Shown here: one piece after another, positions 55,465 to 64,000 of the stretch
Layout of the letters: the number at the start of each line of letters is the position of its first letter
Position numbering within the stretch: the first letter of the stretch is position 1
Assembly: GCA_023228045.1 (NCBI GenBank)
Contig: JALOBY010000003.1
Location: 1,294 to 65,293 of the forward strand
Direction of reading: 5' to 3'
DNA from: Endomicrobiales bacterium
GTDB lineage: Bacteria > Elusimicrobiota > Endomicrobiia > Endomicrobiales > JALOBY01
Length of the DNA: 64,000 nt
Made by a program: the position numbers and the translations under genes
The notes under the pieces: generated by a model
The model's database searches: none
Told to the model about the DNA's origin: nothing
The model's input: only the letters and a program-made list of their open reading frames with translations

Positions 55465-56433
55465 CTATTTTTGAATTTTTACAAGCTCGGCAAATGTCAA
55501 TTTTTCTCTTACTATTGAAGTTATTCCCATAAAGGCCACACAAAGCAGTTGAATTGCGTGCAAAGTTAAAATATATCCAAAAGCAATGTTTTTTTCAACA
55601 CCAAAAATAGCAAGTGTGCTTACCCCAACAAACTCAACTGTTCCAACATACCCGGGCGCGCTTGGCAATATAGCGGCAAAGCCAATTGCTATCATTACAA
55701 AAAGACACTGTTGATATGTTAACTGCAATGAAAATGCAGAGGCCACAGTAAAGAAAACACTTGCTTCAATTAGCCATATTATAACTGACAACAATAATGT
55801 CAAAAACAATATTTTTCTTTCGTGAAGTATTTCAAGCCCACCAGCAAAATTATTTATTAAATGAAAAAGACGATCTTTAAATTTTTGCGAAAATGGCAAA
55901 ATAGCCGGTAGTTTTAATACAAGTTCCTTGTTTTTTGAGTATGTTATAAGAAAAACGAATGCTCCAATAAAAATAATTGAGGCAGTTATAAGTGTGTTTT
56001 TTATGCCGCTTGGCAAAGCGTTTAACATCAGCATTGATAAGGCAAGTAAAAAAACATACGCCACTCCGTCAAAGATCCGTTCAATAACAATTGTAGCAAG
56101 CACACTGCTTTTTGAAACTAAAGCTTTTTTGCCTGTTATGTATGCCCTTACAATTTCACCTATTCTAAATGGCAATGTGTTGTTTGCGAAAAAACCAATT
56201 GCTAAAAATGAAAAACATCTTTTAGTAGGCAAATTTACAAGCTTAGACAAAAGCATTTTCCACCTAAAACTTCTTATAACAAAAGAGGAACAATAAAGAA
56301 CCGCACCCACAAGTAAAAGCAGCCAATTTGATGCCTTAACAAACTCAAAAGAACTCTTTAAGTCAATTTGCCTAAGTGTTAAAAAAAGCAGTACTGCACC
56401 TATAAGCAATCCTACAAAAACTTTTTTATTCAT
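55465..56433 (-). CDS. LPG_synthase_TM / flippase-like membrane protein (UPF0104 family)
   Basis: 322 aa and polytopic. It has ..LRQIDLKSSFEFVKASNWLLLLVGAVLYCSSFVIRSFRWKMLL.. and ..RIGEIVRAY.. Confidence 0.65.
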   Translation of the reverse strand: MNKKVFVGLLIGAVLLFLTLRQIDLKSSFEFVKASNWLLLLVGAVLYCSSFVIRSFRWKMLLSKLVNLPTKRCFSFLAIGFFANNTLPFRIGEIVRAYITGKKALVSKSSVLATIVIERIFDGVAYVFLLALSMLMLNALPSGIKNTLITASIIFIGAFVFLITYSKNKELVLKLPAILPFSQKFKDRLFHLINNFAGGLEILHERKILFLTLLLSVIIWLIEASVFFTVASAFSLQLTYQQCLFVMIAIGFAAILPSAPGYVGTVEFVGVSTLAIFGVEKNIAFGYILTLHAIQLLCVAFMGITSIVREKLTFAELVKIQK

Positions 56434-57334
56434 TATCCATTTCCCATAGTTGAATTATTAACGCAATTCTTGAGCCGGCATTTAAAACACTTTCCTTGTT
56501 GAATACTTGACCTACTTCGTTTATAGATGCCATAAACGGAAGCGAAAAGGCAAGCTCCCTTGTTTCTTTTGTTATAACATCGTTAAGCAATATTGAGTTT
56601 TCTCTAGACCTTTGTAATTGCATCATTGCAGTCGTTTTGGTATTCGTGCTTGCACTTTGCCAATAAGCATTTAAAGCTACACTTACGCCAATTTGCGCAC
56701 TTTGCGTTGAGATAATTACAGGTGTAAGGTTTATTGAAAGCTCAGCAGAATAATCTTTTGAATAATCACTCTTAAAACTAATTGTTGCGGTTGAACCATA
56801 GGGTGTAATGAAATTTGCAGATTCGTATATCTTTTTGGCCTCACCATTTATGTCAAGGTTGTAAAGCTTAGAGAACTCACTTTTTGTTAATAAAATAGTT
56901 TTCAAATCAGCAGTAGAGCTTATTAAACCTTGTTCGTAATTCCTGCTCATTTCAAGAATAAAAACTTTCATTTGCACAGTTTCAAGTTTTGAATCTGATA
57001 TAGCAATAAAACTTGTGATATCATTAAATTGATTGGTAAACGCACTGACCACTAAACTATTGGTATCATTGTCGCATAGTACAGTTATTGAGCTAAAAGA
57101 AAGTTTAAGTTTTTCACTAAGAACTTGCGGTACTATGTAATTAAGCGGAAAGGTTTTTGTGATTATCTCAAATTCCTTTACCCTATTTAAAGGCAAATCT
57201 GAAGTTGCTACTTTTTTTGTAATTGGAGTAATTTCTTTTGAGTTTTTTTTGTGTTTTGTTCTGTCAGCTTCCATGGAAGCTGACAGAACAAAACAAAGTG
57301 TAAAAATAAGTAAACACAAACAAATTTTTTTCAT
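56426..57334 (-). CDS. secreted protein with a minimal secretin-like architecture (N-domain plus secretin-type C-domain)
   Basis: The signal peptide is MKKICLCLLIFTLCFVLSASMEA. An N-domain-like segment is ..ITVLCDNDTNSLVVSAF.. Next comes VQMKVFILEMS.., then ..LSINLTPVII.. and ..LPFMASINEVGQVFNKE..RIALIIQ. This order parallels secretin-domain consensus blocks as I recall them. No search was run. Confidence 0.4.
   Translation of the reverse strand: MKKICLCLLIFTLCFVLSASMEADRTKHKKNSKEITPITKKVATSDLPLNRVKEFEIITKTFPLNYIVPQVLSEKLKLSFSSITVLCDNDTNSLVVSAFTNQFNDITSFIAISDSKLETVQMKVFILEMSRNYEQGLISSTADLKTILLTKSEFSKLYNLDINGEAKKIYESANFITPYGSTATISFKSDYSKDYSAELSINLTPVIISTQSAQIGVSVALNAYWQSASTNTKTTAMMQLQRSRENSILLNDVITKETRELAFSLPFMASINEVGQVFNKESVLNAGSRIALIIQLWEMDNE
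57252..57295. repeat. perfect 44-bp palindrome (22-bp arms, centre CCATGG) inside the CDS
   Basis: tgttttgttctgtcagcttcca|tggaagctgacagaacaaaaca. I checked it base by base; the first mismatch is at the 23rd pair. It spans codons 14-28 (h-region/cleavage-site part) of the secretin-like gene. Confidence 0.9.
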
Positions 57335-58603
57335 TTAGTTTGACCAATCCGGTGTTACAGAACTACCTTTTATATTGCTCAATAATCTTTTAAAAGTTCC
57401 GTCAAGCGATATTATAAACAATAAAGATTTATTTTTTACTTTTTCTGAGTACACAATAAACCTGCCGTCGGCAGACCATGATGGGTTTTCCGCATTAGTT
57501 GTACCATAAGTTAATCTATTTATATCATTACTTTTCATATCAAAAACATAAAGTTCATAATTTTTTGTTCCGCTAAGCATTGAAAAAACAATTTTATTTC
57601 CACGCGGCGACCAGCGAGGCGAATCGCAGTAGCCGTTTAAAGGCACTTTGCGAACATTTACACCATCTAAATTCATTATATAAAGCTGAGGATACCCACT
57701 CCTATCAGATATAAACGCAATCTCTTTTGCGCTTGGTGAAAAAGTAGGGCTTGTGTTGATTTTACCCTCAAAAGTTAACTGCCTTAAGAGTTTGCCCTGT
57801 AAATTGATTAAATAAAGGTTTGGACCGTGTTTGCCGTTTTGCGTTAGGGCAATGCTCTGATCATCAGGTGAAAATATGGCGGCTGTGTTTATACCCTGTT
57901 TTTTAGATATTATCACATTATTCATTGTTGCAAGTGTAAGCATGGCAATATCAGGGTTTACATCACGATAGGTTGTATATACAATTTTGCTTTTATCTGC
58001 AGACCACTTTGGCAAAATAGCAATTGAACTATCAAATGTTAGTTGTTTTAATCCATGCCCATCATAATCTATGCAGTAAAGCTCTTTAGAGCCAGTTGAA
58101 TTGTTAGCAAATACAATTTTTGTTGAAGCAACACCTCTCTCACCTACGAGTCGAAAAATAATTTCATCACTTATGTTATGGGCGCATTCTCTAAGCATTG
58201 AGGATGTAAAAACATAAGAGCTTTGCCATATTACTGTTTTGCCTAAAGTATCACTTAAACTCGCATACAAAACCTGTTTGTTTTGGATTTGAGTAATTTT
58301 GCCTGCAACTAGCAAATCAACACCTATGTTCTCCCACTCGCTAAGTTGCTCTAACTGCCCAGTGTATACTGGACCGCCGTCAATTAAGTTAAAGTACCTT
58401 GAAAGAAGTAAATCACGCCTTATTATTGAAGAGAGTTCTTTTCCTGCACCGTCTTGCGAAGTTGTGCCAATAAATTCGCTGACACCAATATCAGTTCTAC
58501 TTCCATGTGAAGTAAGTTTTAAATAAATATCGGAGCAGAAAGCATAAGAGCTGCCAAAAACTAATAATAAAACCACACAAATAACTTTAAAGCGTATTTT
58601 CAT
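57335..58603 (-). CDS. tolB: Tol-Pal system beta-propeller protein TolB
   Basis: 422 aa with a signal peptide. It has repeated ..P.WS.DG..I.. blades (PKWSADKSKIVY, SPRWSPRGNKIVF, NPSWSADGRFIVY). Confidence 0.85.
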   Translation of the reverse strand: MKIRFKVICVVLLLVFGSSYAFCSDIYLKLTSHGSRTDIGVSEFIGTTSQDGAGKELSSIIRRDLLLSRYFNLIDGGPVYTGQLEQLSEWENIGVDLLVAGKITQIQNKQVLYASLSDTLGKTVIWQSSYVFTSSMLRECAHNISDEIIFRLVGERGVASTKIVFANNSTGSKELYCIDYDGHGLKQLTFDSSIAILPKWSADKSKIVYTTYRDVNPDIAMLTLATMNNVIISKKQGINTAAIFSPDDQSIALTQNGKHGPNLYLINLQGKLLRQLTFEGKINTSPTFSPSAKEIAFISDRSGYPQLYIMNLDGVNVRKVPLNGYCDSPRWSPRGNKIVFSMLSGTKNYELYVFDMKSNDINRLTYGTTNAENPSWSADGRFIVYSEKVKNKSLLFIISLDGTFKRLLSNIKGSSVTPDWSN

Positions 58604-58606
58604 AAT

Positions 58607-59197
58607 TTACTCAATAAAAGAGAACTCAAAAAAAACACCAAGATAATTTTCATTAAAACCTTCCGGCAATGGGGCAAAAGGGTTTGCTAAAAGCACCGCG
58701 CGCAGTGCTTGCTGGTCAAATGTTTTATCATTAGAACTATTTTTGATACGCACATCGGTAATTTGCCCGTTTTTTTCTATTTTAAAATAAACAACTGCTT
58801 TATAGCGCCCGGTATTTATTGACCATTGCCAATTTGAATTGATTTTTTTTACAATGGCATTTGTATAGTAGTTGTAAGGAAAGCGGGCGTTGTCTAATGC
58901 AATTTGGTTTGATTGTTTCAGAGTGCTTGCTTGTTTCTGTTCTTTTGGTAAGTCGGGTACATTTTTTTGTTCTATTTTTTTTATTGGTTTTTTACTTTTT
59001 TGCTTTTTCAAATTAATACTGTCTTTTTCCTCTTTGACAACTTCAAGTACTGTTTGCTTAGTGTCTTGCGCATAATAAACAAGCTCAAATGGAACGGTTA
59101 TGTTGATAGTTTTATTTTGGCCGATGGAAAGAAAAGCAATCAGCCCAATATGCAACAGCAGAGAGATAAAAAAAGTGAACTCAAGGTTTTTGAGCAT
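58607..59197 (-). CDS. TonB/TolA-family energy-transducer-like protein
   Basis: 196 aa. It has an N-terminal TM segment (FTFFISLLLHIGLIAFL), a Lys/Glu/Pro-containing linker and a C-terminal TonB_C/TolA-like fold (..VVYFKIEKNGQITDVRI..SSNDKTFDQQALRAV..PLP..). Confidence 0.6.
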   Translation of the reverse strand: MLKNLEFTFFISLLLHIGLIAFLSIGQNKTINITVPFELVYYAQDTKQTVLEVVKEEKDSINLKKQKSKKPIKKIEQKNVPDLPKEQKQASTLKQSNQIALDNARFPYNYYTNAIVKKINSNWQWSINTGRYKAVVYFKIEKNGQITDVRIKNSSNDKTFDQQALRAVLLANPFAPLPEGFNENYLGVFFEFSFIE

Positions 59198-59897
59198 CTT
59201 GGCCCTTTGTTTGGACCTTTTGGGCGGACATTTTTGCTTCTTGTGAATCTGGGAACTCAGAGTACAATTGTTTTAGAAGTGTTTTTGTTTTTTCACCGTT
59301 GCCAATTTTTTCATAGCAGTCCGCGAGTTTATATAGCACAGACGGACTTAACTCCATGTTCGTTTTGTTATTTAAAAAAAGCTCAAACTTAGTTATAGCG
59401 TCATCAAAAGATTTTTTTGAGTAGTAGGAATCGGCCAAATAGTAGTTTGCCTTATCTGAAAGTTCTGTATCAGGGTATTTTTCAAGATATGTTTCAAACC
59501 CTGTTATAGCGAGGTCATATTTGCCGTTTGAATAATCATTGTAAGCCAGATTGTAAAGCGCAGATGGGCTTGGAGCTATTGAAAGCGTAGTGCCAGAAAG
59601 CTGCTCAAAAAGTTTATCTAGCCGTTGAGAAAAGTTCGCATCTACATCATCAAGTTTTTGCCCAAGAGAAGACATTCTATTTTGTGTTTCTTTTAGGTTG
59701 GAACCGAGTATATCTAACTTTCTTGAAAAACTCTCAGTTTTATTAGAAACATCTGCCTGATTTGTTTGAAGTTCATTTATTTTAAGTTGTAGTTTATAGA
59801 TATCTTCTCGCAAACCTGAAACCTCCGTACTGGTTGCGATACAGCCAGACAATAAAAATAAAAAAATAAATGTTAAACCAAAGATATAGCGAATCAT
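59181..59897 (-). CDS. cpoB: CpoB/YbgF-like TPR protein, predicted lipoprotein
   Basis: 238 aa. It has the lipobox ..FLLSGC, an N-terminal coiled coil (..LQLKINELQTNQ..) and C-terminal TPRs (..YNLAYNDYSNGKYDLAITGFETYLEKYP..). Confidence 0.7.
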   Translation of the reverse strand: MIRYIFGLTFIFLFLLSGCIATSTEVSGLREDIYKLQLKINELQTNQADVSNKTESFSRKLDILGSNLKETQNRMSSLGQKLDDVDANFSQRLDKLFEQLSGTTLSIAPSPSALYNLAYNDYSNGKYDLAITGFETYLEKYPDTELSDKANYYLADSYYSKKSFDDAITKFELFLNNKTNMELSPSVLYKLADCYEKIGNGEKTKTLLKQLYSEFPDSQEAKMSAQKVQTKGQDAQKP

Positions 59898-60394
59898 TTT
59901 CCTCTTACTTTTGTTTCAGCTCGTCTATTTTTCGCATATGCATTTTCATTATCAGAATCATCTAACAAATTTTCTTTACCATACGAAATTGTGCCTATAT
60001 TACCTGCTGGAACTCCAAGAGATATATAATAATCACGAACAGCCGAGGCCCGTTTTTGACCAAGTGCAAGGTTGTACTCAATAGTACCGCGTTGATCGCA
60101 GTATCCTTCAACTATTATGTTAGCGATTGAATACTCTTTTAAATAACTCGCATTCTTTTTTAATACATCGCTCGCGCTGTCACTCAAGTCGTAAGAGTCA
60201 TAGTCAAAACTTATGTTTACAAGTCCTTCAATCGATTTCCAATCTTTGAAACGAACTGACGCCTCATCCGAATCTTTGTTAGTGTCGCTAACTTGCGGCA
60301 CAATCGTCTCAGTTGGTTTAATTATTTGTTTTTTTGCGCAACCGGCATTAAAAATTAAAGTAACTGCGAGTAAAACAAGGAATATTTTTGACAT
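59894..60394 (-). CDS. pal: peptidoglycan-associated lipoprotein
   Basis: 166 aa. It has the lipobox ..FNAGC and the OmpA-like domain ..FDYDSYDL..VEGYCDQRGTIEYNLALGQKRA.. Confidence 0.85.
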   Translation of the reverse strand: MSKIFLVLLAVTLIFNAGCAKKQIIKPTETIVPQVSDTNKDSDEASVRFKDWKSIEGLVNISFDYDSYDLSDSASDVLKKNASYLKEYSIANIIVEGYCDQRGTIEYNLALGQKRASAVRDYYISLGVPAGNIGTISYGKENLLDDSDNENAYAKNRRAETKVRGK

Positions 60395-60431
60395 TTTTCT
60401 GCCTCCATTTCAATTTGATATATTTTTAAAT

Positions 60432-60460
60432 ATTTTACCCGAATGCGACGAGTGTGTCAA
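60432..60460 (-). promoter_or_regulatory. sigma70-type promoter upstream of pal
   Basis: The minus strand reads TTGACA (60460..60455), 17 nt, then TAAAAT (60437..60432). GGAGG lies 8 nt before the pal ATG. Confidence 0.55.
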
Positions 60461-60536
60461 GTATTATGTAAAATATTAGTTTAAAGTTATCAGATTACTT
60501 ACGAGTCACGGAATTTTAATTAAACATTATCAATAT

Positions 60537-63344
60537 TTATGCTTTTAAAGCTGATTGTAAATATTGGCCGGTAAATGAGTTTTTGTTTAAAGAAACCGTT
60601 TCAGGGGTTCCTTTAGCCACAATATAACCACCCTTATTACCACCTTCTGGGCCCAAGTCAATAATCCAATCGGCGGTTTTTATTACTTCAAGATTGTGTT
60701 CAATGACTAAAACCGTGTTGCCATTATCTACTAACTCATGCAAAACTTTTAACAACTTTTCTACATCGGCAAAGTGCAGGCCTGTTGTCGGCTCATCAAG
60801 TATATAAAGGGTTTTGCCTGTGGAGTGCTTTGATAATTCATTTGCCAGTTTCACTCTTTGAGCTTCGCCTCCCGACAGTGTGGTTGCAGCTTGTCCAAGC
60901 TTTATATAATTTAGCCCAACAGAATTTAATGTTCCAAAAATTTTCTTTATTTTAGGAATGTTTGTAAAAAACTCATAGCCCTCCTCAACTGTCATATCCA
61001 AAACTTCCGCTATTGTTTTGCCTTTATAATGAACCTGCAAAGTTTCACTATTAAAGCGTTTACCCCCGCAAACTTCACAAGTTACATAAACATCAGGCAA
61101 AAACTGCATTTCAATTTTAATTGTTCCATCTCCATGGCAATTTTCGCAACGGCCGCCTTTTACATTAAAAGAGAACCTTCCTGGCTCATAACCCCTGGCT
61201 TTTGATTCCTGGGTGCTGGCAAAAAGGTCACGAATATGCGTAAATGCACCCGTGTAAGTGCTTGGATTTGAACGAGGAGTTCTACCAATGGGCGATTGGT
61301 CAACAATTATCACTTTATCTATATTTTCCATGCCATTAATTTCTTTTACTATACCAGGTACTTCTTTTGAACCGTAAAGTTTTTTTGCAAGATTTTTGTA
61401 TATTATTTCATGTACTAAAGTTGATTTTCCAGAACCGGAAACACCTGTTACGCAAACGAAAACCCCAAGAGGCATATTTAAGGATAGTTTTTTAAGGTTA
61501 AACTGTGAAGCGCCAATAATTTCAAGATTTCTGTCTGTTAACTTTCTTCTCTTTTTAGGTATAGGAATTCTTAGGGTACCGTTTAGGTAACTCGCGGTAA
61601 GTGAATTTTTCGCTTTTAAAACTTTTTCATAAGTACCTTGGGCAACAATAGAACCGCCATGAATGCCGGCACCCGGCCCAAGATCTATTATCCAGTCGGC
61701 TGCGCGCATAGTTTCTTCATCGTGCTCAATAACAATTAGGGTATTGCCCATGTCGCGCAGGCGAAGCATTGTATCTAAAAGCTTTCTATTGTCTTTTTGG
61801 TGCAGGCCAATTGATGGTTCATCAAGCACATAAAGCACTCCTGTTAACCCTGAACCAATTTGTGTTGCAAGGTGAATTCTTTGTGCCTCACCTCCGGAAA
61901 GTGTTGAGCTTTCACGGTCAATGGTAATATATCCGAGCCCCACATCGCTTAAAAATGAAAGCCGCCGGTTTACCTCTTTAAATATTGTTTTACTGATAAA
62001 TTTATCTTTTTCTGATAGTTTTAGCGCGGCAAAGAATTCCCTTGCAATATTGACAGACATAGTTGTTAATTCTGAAATTGATTTGCCATCAATTTTCACT
62101 GACATGGCAGATTTTTTAAGGCGAGCGCCGTGGCAGCTATTACAGATAACAGTGCGCATATAGTTTGTACGGATCTCTTCACGCACGAATTCAGATTCAG
62201 TTTCAGTGTAACGCCGTTTTAAATTGACGATCACACCCTCAAATCCATCATTGTCGCCGAATAGCAATATCTCCTGCTGTTTTCTTGAAAGTTTTAACCA
62301 TGAAGTTTTTGTTGGTATATTGTGTTTTGAGCAAACATCATCTAAAAGTTGCTGGTAATAGCCACTCCATGAATTTTTCCAACGATGGGTACGGGTTGTT
62401 ATTGGCTGGCTCCATGGTTTTATTGCGCCATCTGCTATGCTAAGCATTGGAGCACGAATTATAAGATCTTCATCAACTTCTTCTTTTGCGCCAAGCCCGC
62501 CGCACTCCGGACAAGCCCCAAATGGCGAGTTAAACGAAAATAGTCGTGGCTCAATTTCAGGCAGGCTTATGCCACAATCGGTGCAGCTGTTATGTTCGCT
62601 AAACAATCTTTCTTTTACTGACCTTTTTGAGCTCTCATCTAAAATTAAAACTAAGCCGGACGATTCTTTAAGTGCAAGTTCAACCGCTTCCGAAATTCTT
62701 TGGCGTGCTTGTGCAGTTAGCACAACTCTATCTATAATAACTTCAATGGTGTGTTTTTTGTAACGGTCAAGCTTTATTTTTTCATCTAATAAGGAAATCT
62801 TACCGTTTATGCGAACCCTGGCAAAGCCGCTTTTTGCAAGTTTCTTAAACAACTCCTCATAAGTTCCAGTTTTCCCGCGCACAATAGGTGAGAGTATTTG
62901 AAGTTTTGTGCCTTCCTGCATTTTCATTATTTCATCTATAATTTGCTGAGCGCTTTGCGAAGAAATTGGTTTGTTGCACTCAGGACAAAATGGTTTACCA
63001 ATACGTGCAAATAATAACCGCAAATAATCATAAATTTCCGTTACTGTGCCTACTGTTGAGCGTGGGTTATGTGACGGATTTTTTTGTTCAATTGCAATTG
63101 CCGGAGAAAGGCCTTCAATTGTGTCTAAGTCGGGTTTTTCCATCAACTCAAGAAATTGTCTTGCATATGCCGATAGCGACTCAACATAGCGCCGCTGGCC
63201 TTCAGCATAGATAGTGTCAAATGCCAATGACGATTTACCTGAACCCGAGAGCCCTGTTACTACAACAAGTTTGTTTTTTGGTATTTCAAGTGAAATGTTT
63301 TTTAAGTTGTGCGCTCTTGCGCCTTTTATGATTATTTTATCCAT
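60537..63344 (-). CDS. uvrA: excinuclease ABC subunit A
   Basis: 935 aa. It has two ABC modules ([12 protein letters not shown].., [11 protein letters not shown]..), LSGGE signature motifs and zinc-finger Cys pairs. Confidence 0.92.
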   Translation of the reverse strand: MDKIIIKGARAHNLKNISLEIPKNKLVVVTGLSGSGKSSLAFDTIYAEGQRRYVESLSAYARQFLELMEKPDLDTIEGLSPAIAIEQKNPSHNPRSTVGTVTEIYDYLRLLFARIGKPFCPECNKPISSQSAQQIIDEIMKMQEGTKLQILSPIVRGKTGTYEELFKKLAKSGFARVRINGKISLLDEKIKLDRYKKHTIEVIIDRVVLTAQARQRISEAVELALKESSGLVLILDESSKRSVKERLFSEHNSCTDCGISLPEIEPRLFSFNSPFGACPECGGLGAKEEVDEDLIIRAPMLSIADGAIKPWSQPITTRTHRWKNSWSGYYQQLLDDVCSKHNIPTKTSWLKLSRKQQEILLFGDNDGFEGVIVNLKRRYTETESEFVREEIRTNYMRTVICNSCHGARLKKSAMSVKIDGKSISELTTMSVNIAREFFAALKLSEKDKFISKTIFKEVNRRLSFLSDVGLGYITIDRESSTLSGGEAQRIHLATQIGSGLTGVLYVLDEPSIGLHQKDNRKLLDTMLRLRDMGNTLIVIEHDEETMRAADWIIDLGPGAGIHGGSIVAQGTYEKVLKAKNSLTASYLNGTLRIPIPKKRRKLTDRNLEIIGASQFNLKKLSLNMPLGVFVCVTGVSGSGKSTLVHEIIYKNLAKKLYGSKEVPGIVKEINGMENIDKVIIVDQSPIGRTPRSNPSTYTGAFTHIRDLFASTQESKARGYEPGRFSFNVKGGRCENCHGDGTIKIEMQFLPDVYVTCEVCGGKRFNSETLQVHYKGKTIAEVLDMTVEEGYEFFTNIPKIKKIFGTLNSVGLNYIKLGQAATTLSGGEAQRVKLANELSKHSTGKTLYILDEPTTGLHFADVEKLLKVLHELVDNGNTVLVIEHNLEVIKTADWIIDLGPEGGNKGGYIVAKGTPETVSLNKNSFTGQYLQSALKA

Positions 63345-63345
63345 A

Positions 63346-64000
63346 TTAGAATCTTTTTATCAGAGTATCCTTAGGTTTTTTTAACATTGAAGGATGGTCC
63401 AGGTTATAATGCAGGCCGCGGCTCTCTTTTCGTTTAATCGCGCACTTAATAATTATTTCGGCTACCGTGGCAATGTTGCGTAATTCTATAAGATCACTGG
63501 TAATAAAAAAATTCCAATAATATTCCTGAATTTCTTTTTTAAGTAACTTTATTCGTTCAAATGCTCTTTTAAGCCGTTTATCGGTTCTGACAATACCAAC
63601 ATAGTTCCACATAAAATTTCTAATTTCATCCCAGTTTTGTTTAATAACTACCGATTCATCGCTATCTTTTGCGTTGCCTTTATCCCACTGTGGGATTGCG
63701 GGAAAATTTATTTTTTCAGAAATAAGTTCATTGGCCTTTTGATATGCGCGGCGGGCAAAAACTATTGCTTCAAGCAGTGAGTTTGAAGCAAGCCGGTTTG
63801 CTCCGTGTAAACCAGTACAAGCACACTCACCTATCGCAAATAGGCCATTTATATTTGTTTGTGCGAATGTATCGGTTAATACCCCGCCGCAAGAATAATG
63901 CTCGGCAGGAACAACAGGTATCGGATTTTTTGAAATATCTATACCACATTCAAGACACTTGGCATAAATAGTTGGAAAACGCTTTTTTAAATACGCCGAA
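63346..64000 (-). CDS. nadB: L-aspartate oxidase; 5' end outside the window
   Basis: The track lists only 63346..63612. Hand translation upstream in the same frame gives ..[51 protein letters not shown].. The frame is open to the window end. Confidence 0.8.
   Translation of the reverse strand, partial: SAYLKKRFPTIYAKCLECGIDISKNPIPVVPAEHYSCGGVLTDTFAQTNINGLFAIGECACTGLHGANRLASNSLLEAIVFARRAYQKANELISEKINFPAIPQWDKGNAKDSDESVVIKQNWDEIRNFMWNYVGIVRTDKRLKRAFERIKLLKKEIQEYYWNFFITSDLIELRNIATVAEIIIKCAIKRKESRGLHYNLDHPSMLKKPKDTLIKRF

Noticed and set aside
57252-57295. The 44-bp palindrome as a fold-back or chimeric assembly artefact.
   Set aside because: Artefactual inverted joins normally duplicate long stretches. 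Here complementarity stops after 22 bp, the flanks are unrelated, and a plausible signal peptide and ORF read straight through. It is kept as a finding, with a read-level check recommended.
1-64000. A search for mobile-element genes, prophage, toxin-antitoxin or known defence systems.
   Set aside because: No ORF showed transposase, integrase, recombinase, phage structural, nuclease-NTPase or toxin-antitoxin-like motifs that I could recognise. The LOG and GNAT pair was considered as a conflict-system fragment, but both look like canonical housekeeping-type family members.

Overview
This is a 64-kb chromosomal window from an AT-rich bacterium. It is a diderm (Tol-Pal, a lipoprotein Pal and SurA-like chaperones are present) with anaerobe-type metabolism (Hyp maturases, Bcd/EtfAB with a ferredoxin-domain EtfA, ackA). 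The phylum cannot be assigned by eye.

I support 64 CDS, and 63 of them lie on the minus strand. They are tightly packed, with many 1-26 nt overlaps. In minus-strand transcription order, from 64000 down:
- nadB (partial) and uvrA.
- A promoter, then pal, cpoB, a TonB/TolA-like gene, tolB, a mini secretin-like gene, an LPG_synthase_TM-like gene, two glycosyltransferases (GTs), DegT, a WecA-like gene, an FAD oxidoreductase and another GT.
- A promoter, then icd, ndk, ackA, yceD, rpmF, plsX, fabH, fabD, fabG, acpP, fabF, rnc, an acyl-CoA dehydrogenase, etfB and etfA.
- One plus-strand gene (AMMECR1).
- mfd, two parvulin PPIases, hypF, hypC, a GNAT, a LOG protein, hypD, hypE, an SDR, an SPT-like oxoamine synthase and a GT4.
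- A promoter and operator, then a wHTH regulator and a ~19-kb glycan operon. This operon holds pseB/C/H/I plus a second, non-canonical ulosonic-acid-like module, rfbF/rfbG, three methyltransferases and a flippase.

I recognised no rRNA, tRNA, CRISPR, transposase, integrase, phage or known defence genes.

The most unusual signals are non-genic:
- A 161-bp element with 20-bp terminal inverted repeats occurs as two full and two partial copies. All four sit directly 5' of minus-strand genes. One copy bridges icd and ndk and fuses a 55-codon leader onto NDK.
- A perfect 44-bp palindrome lies inside the signal-peptide region of a secretin-like gene next to tolB.
- Several GC-rich hairpin units stand out against the AT-rich background.

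All protein calls come from motif and family recognition by eye, not from database searches. Start codons that I moved away from the ORF track are explained per feature.
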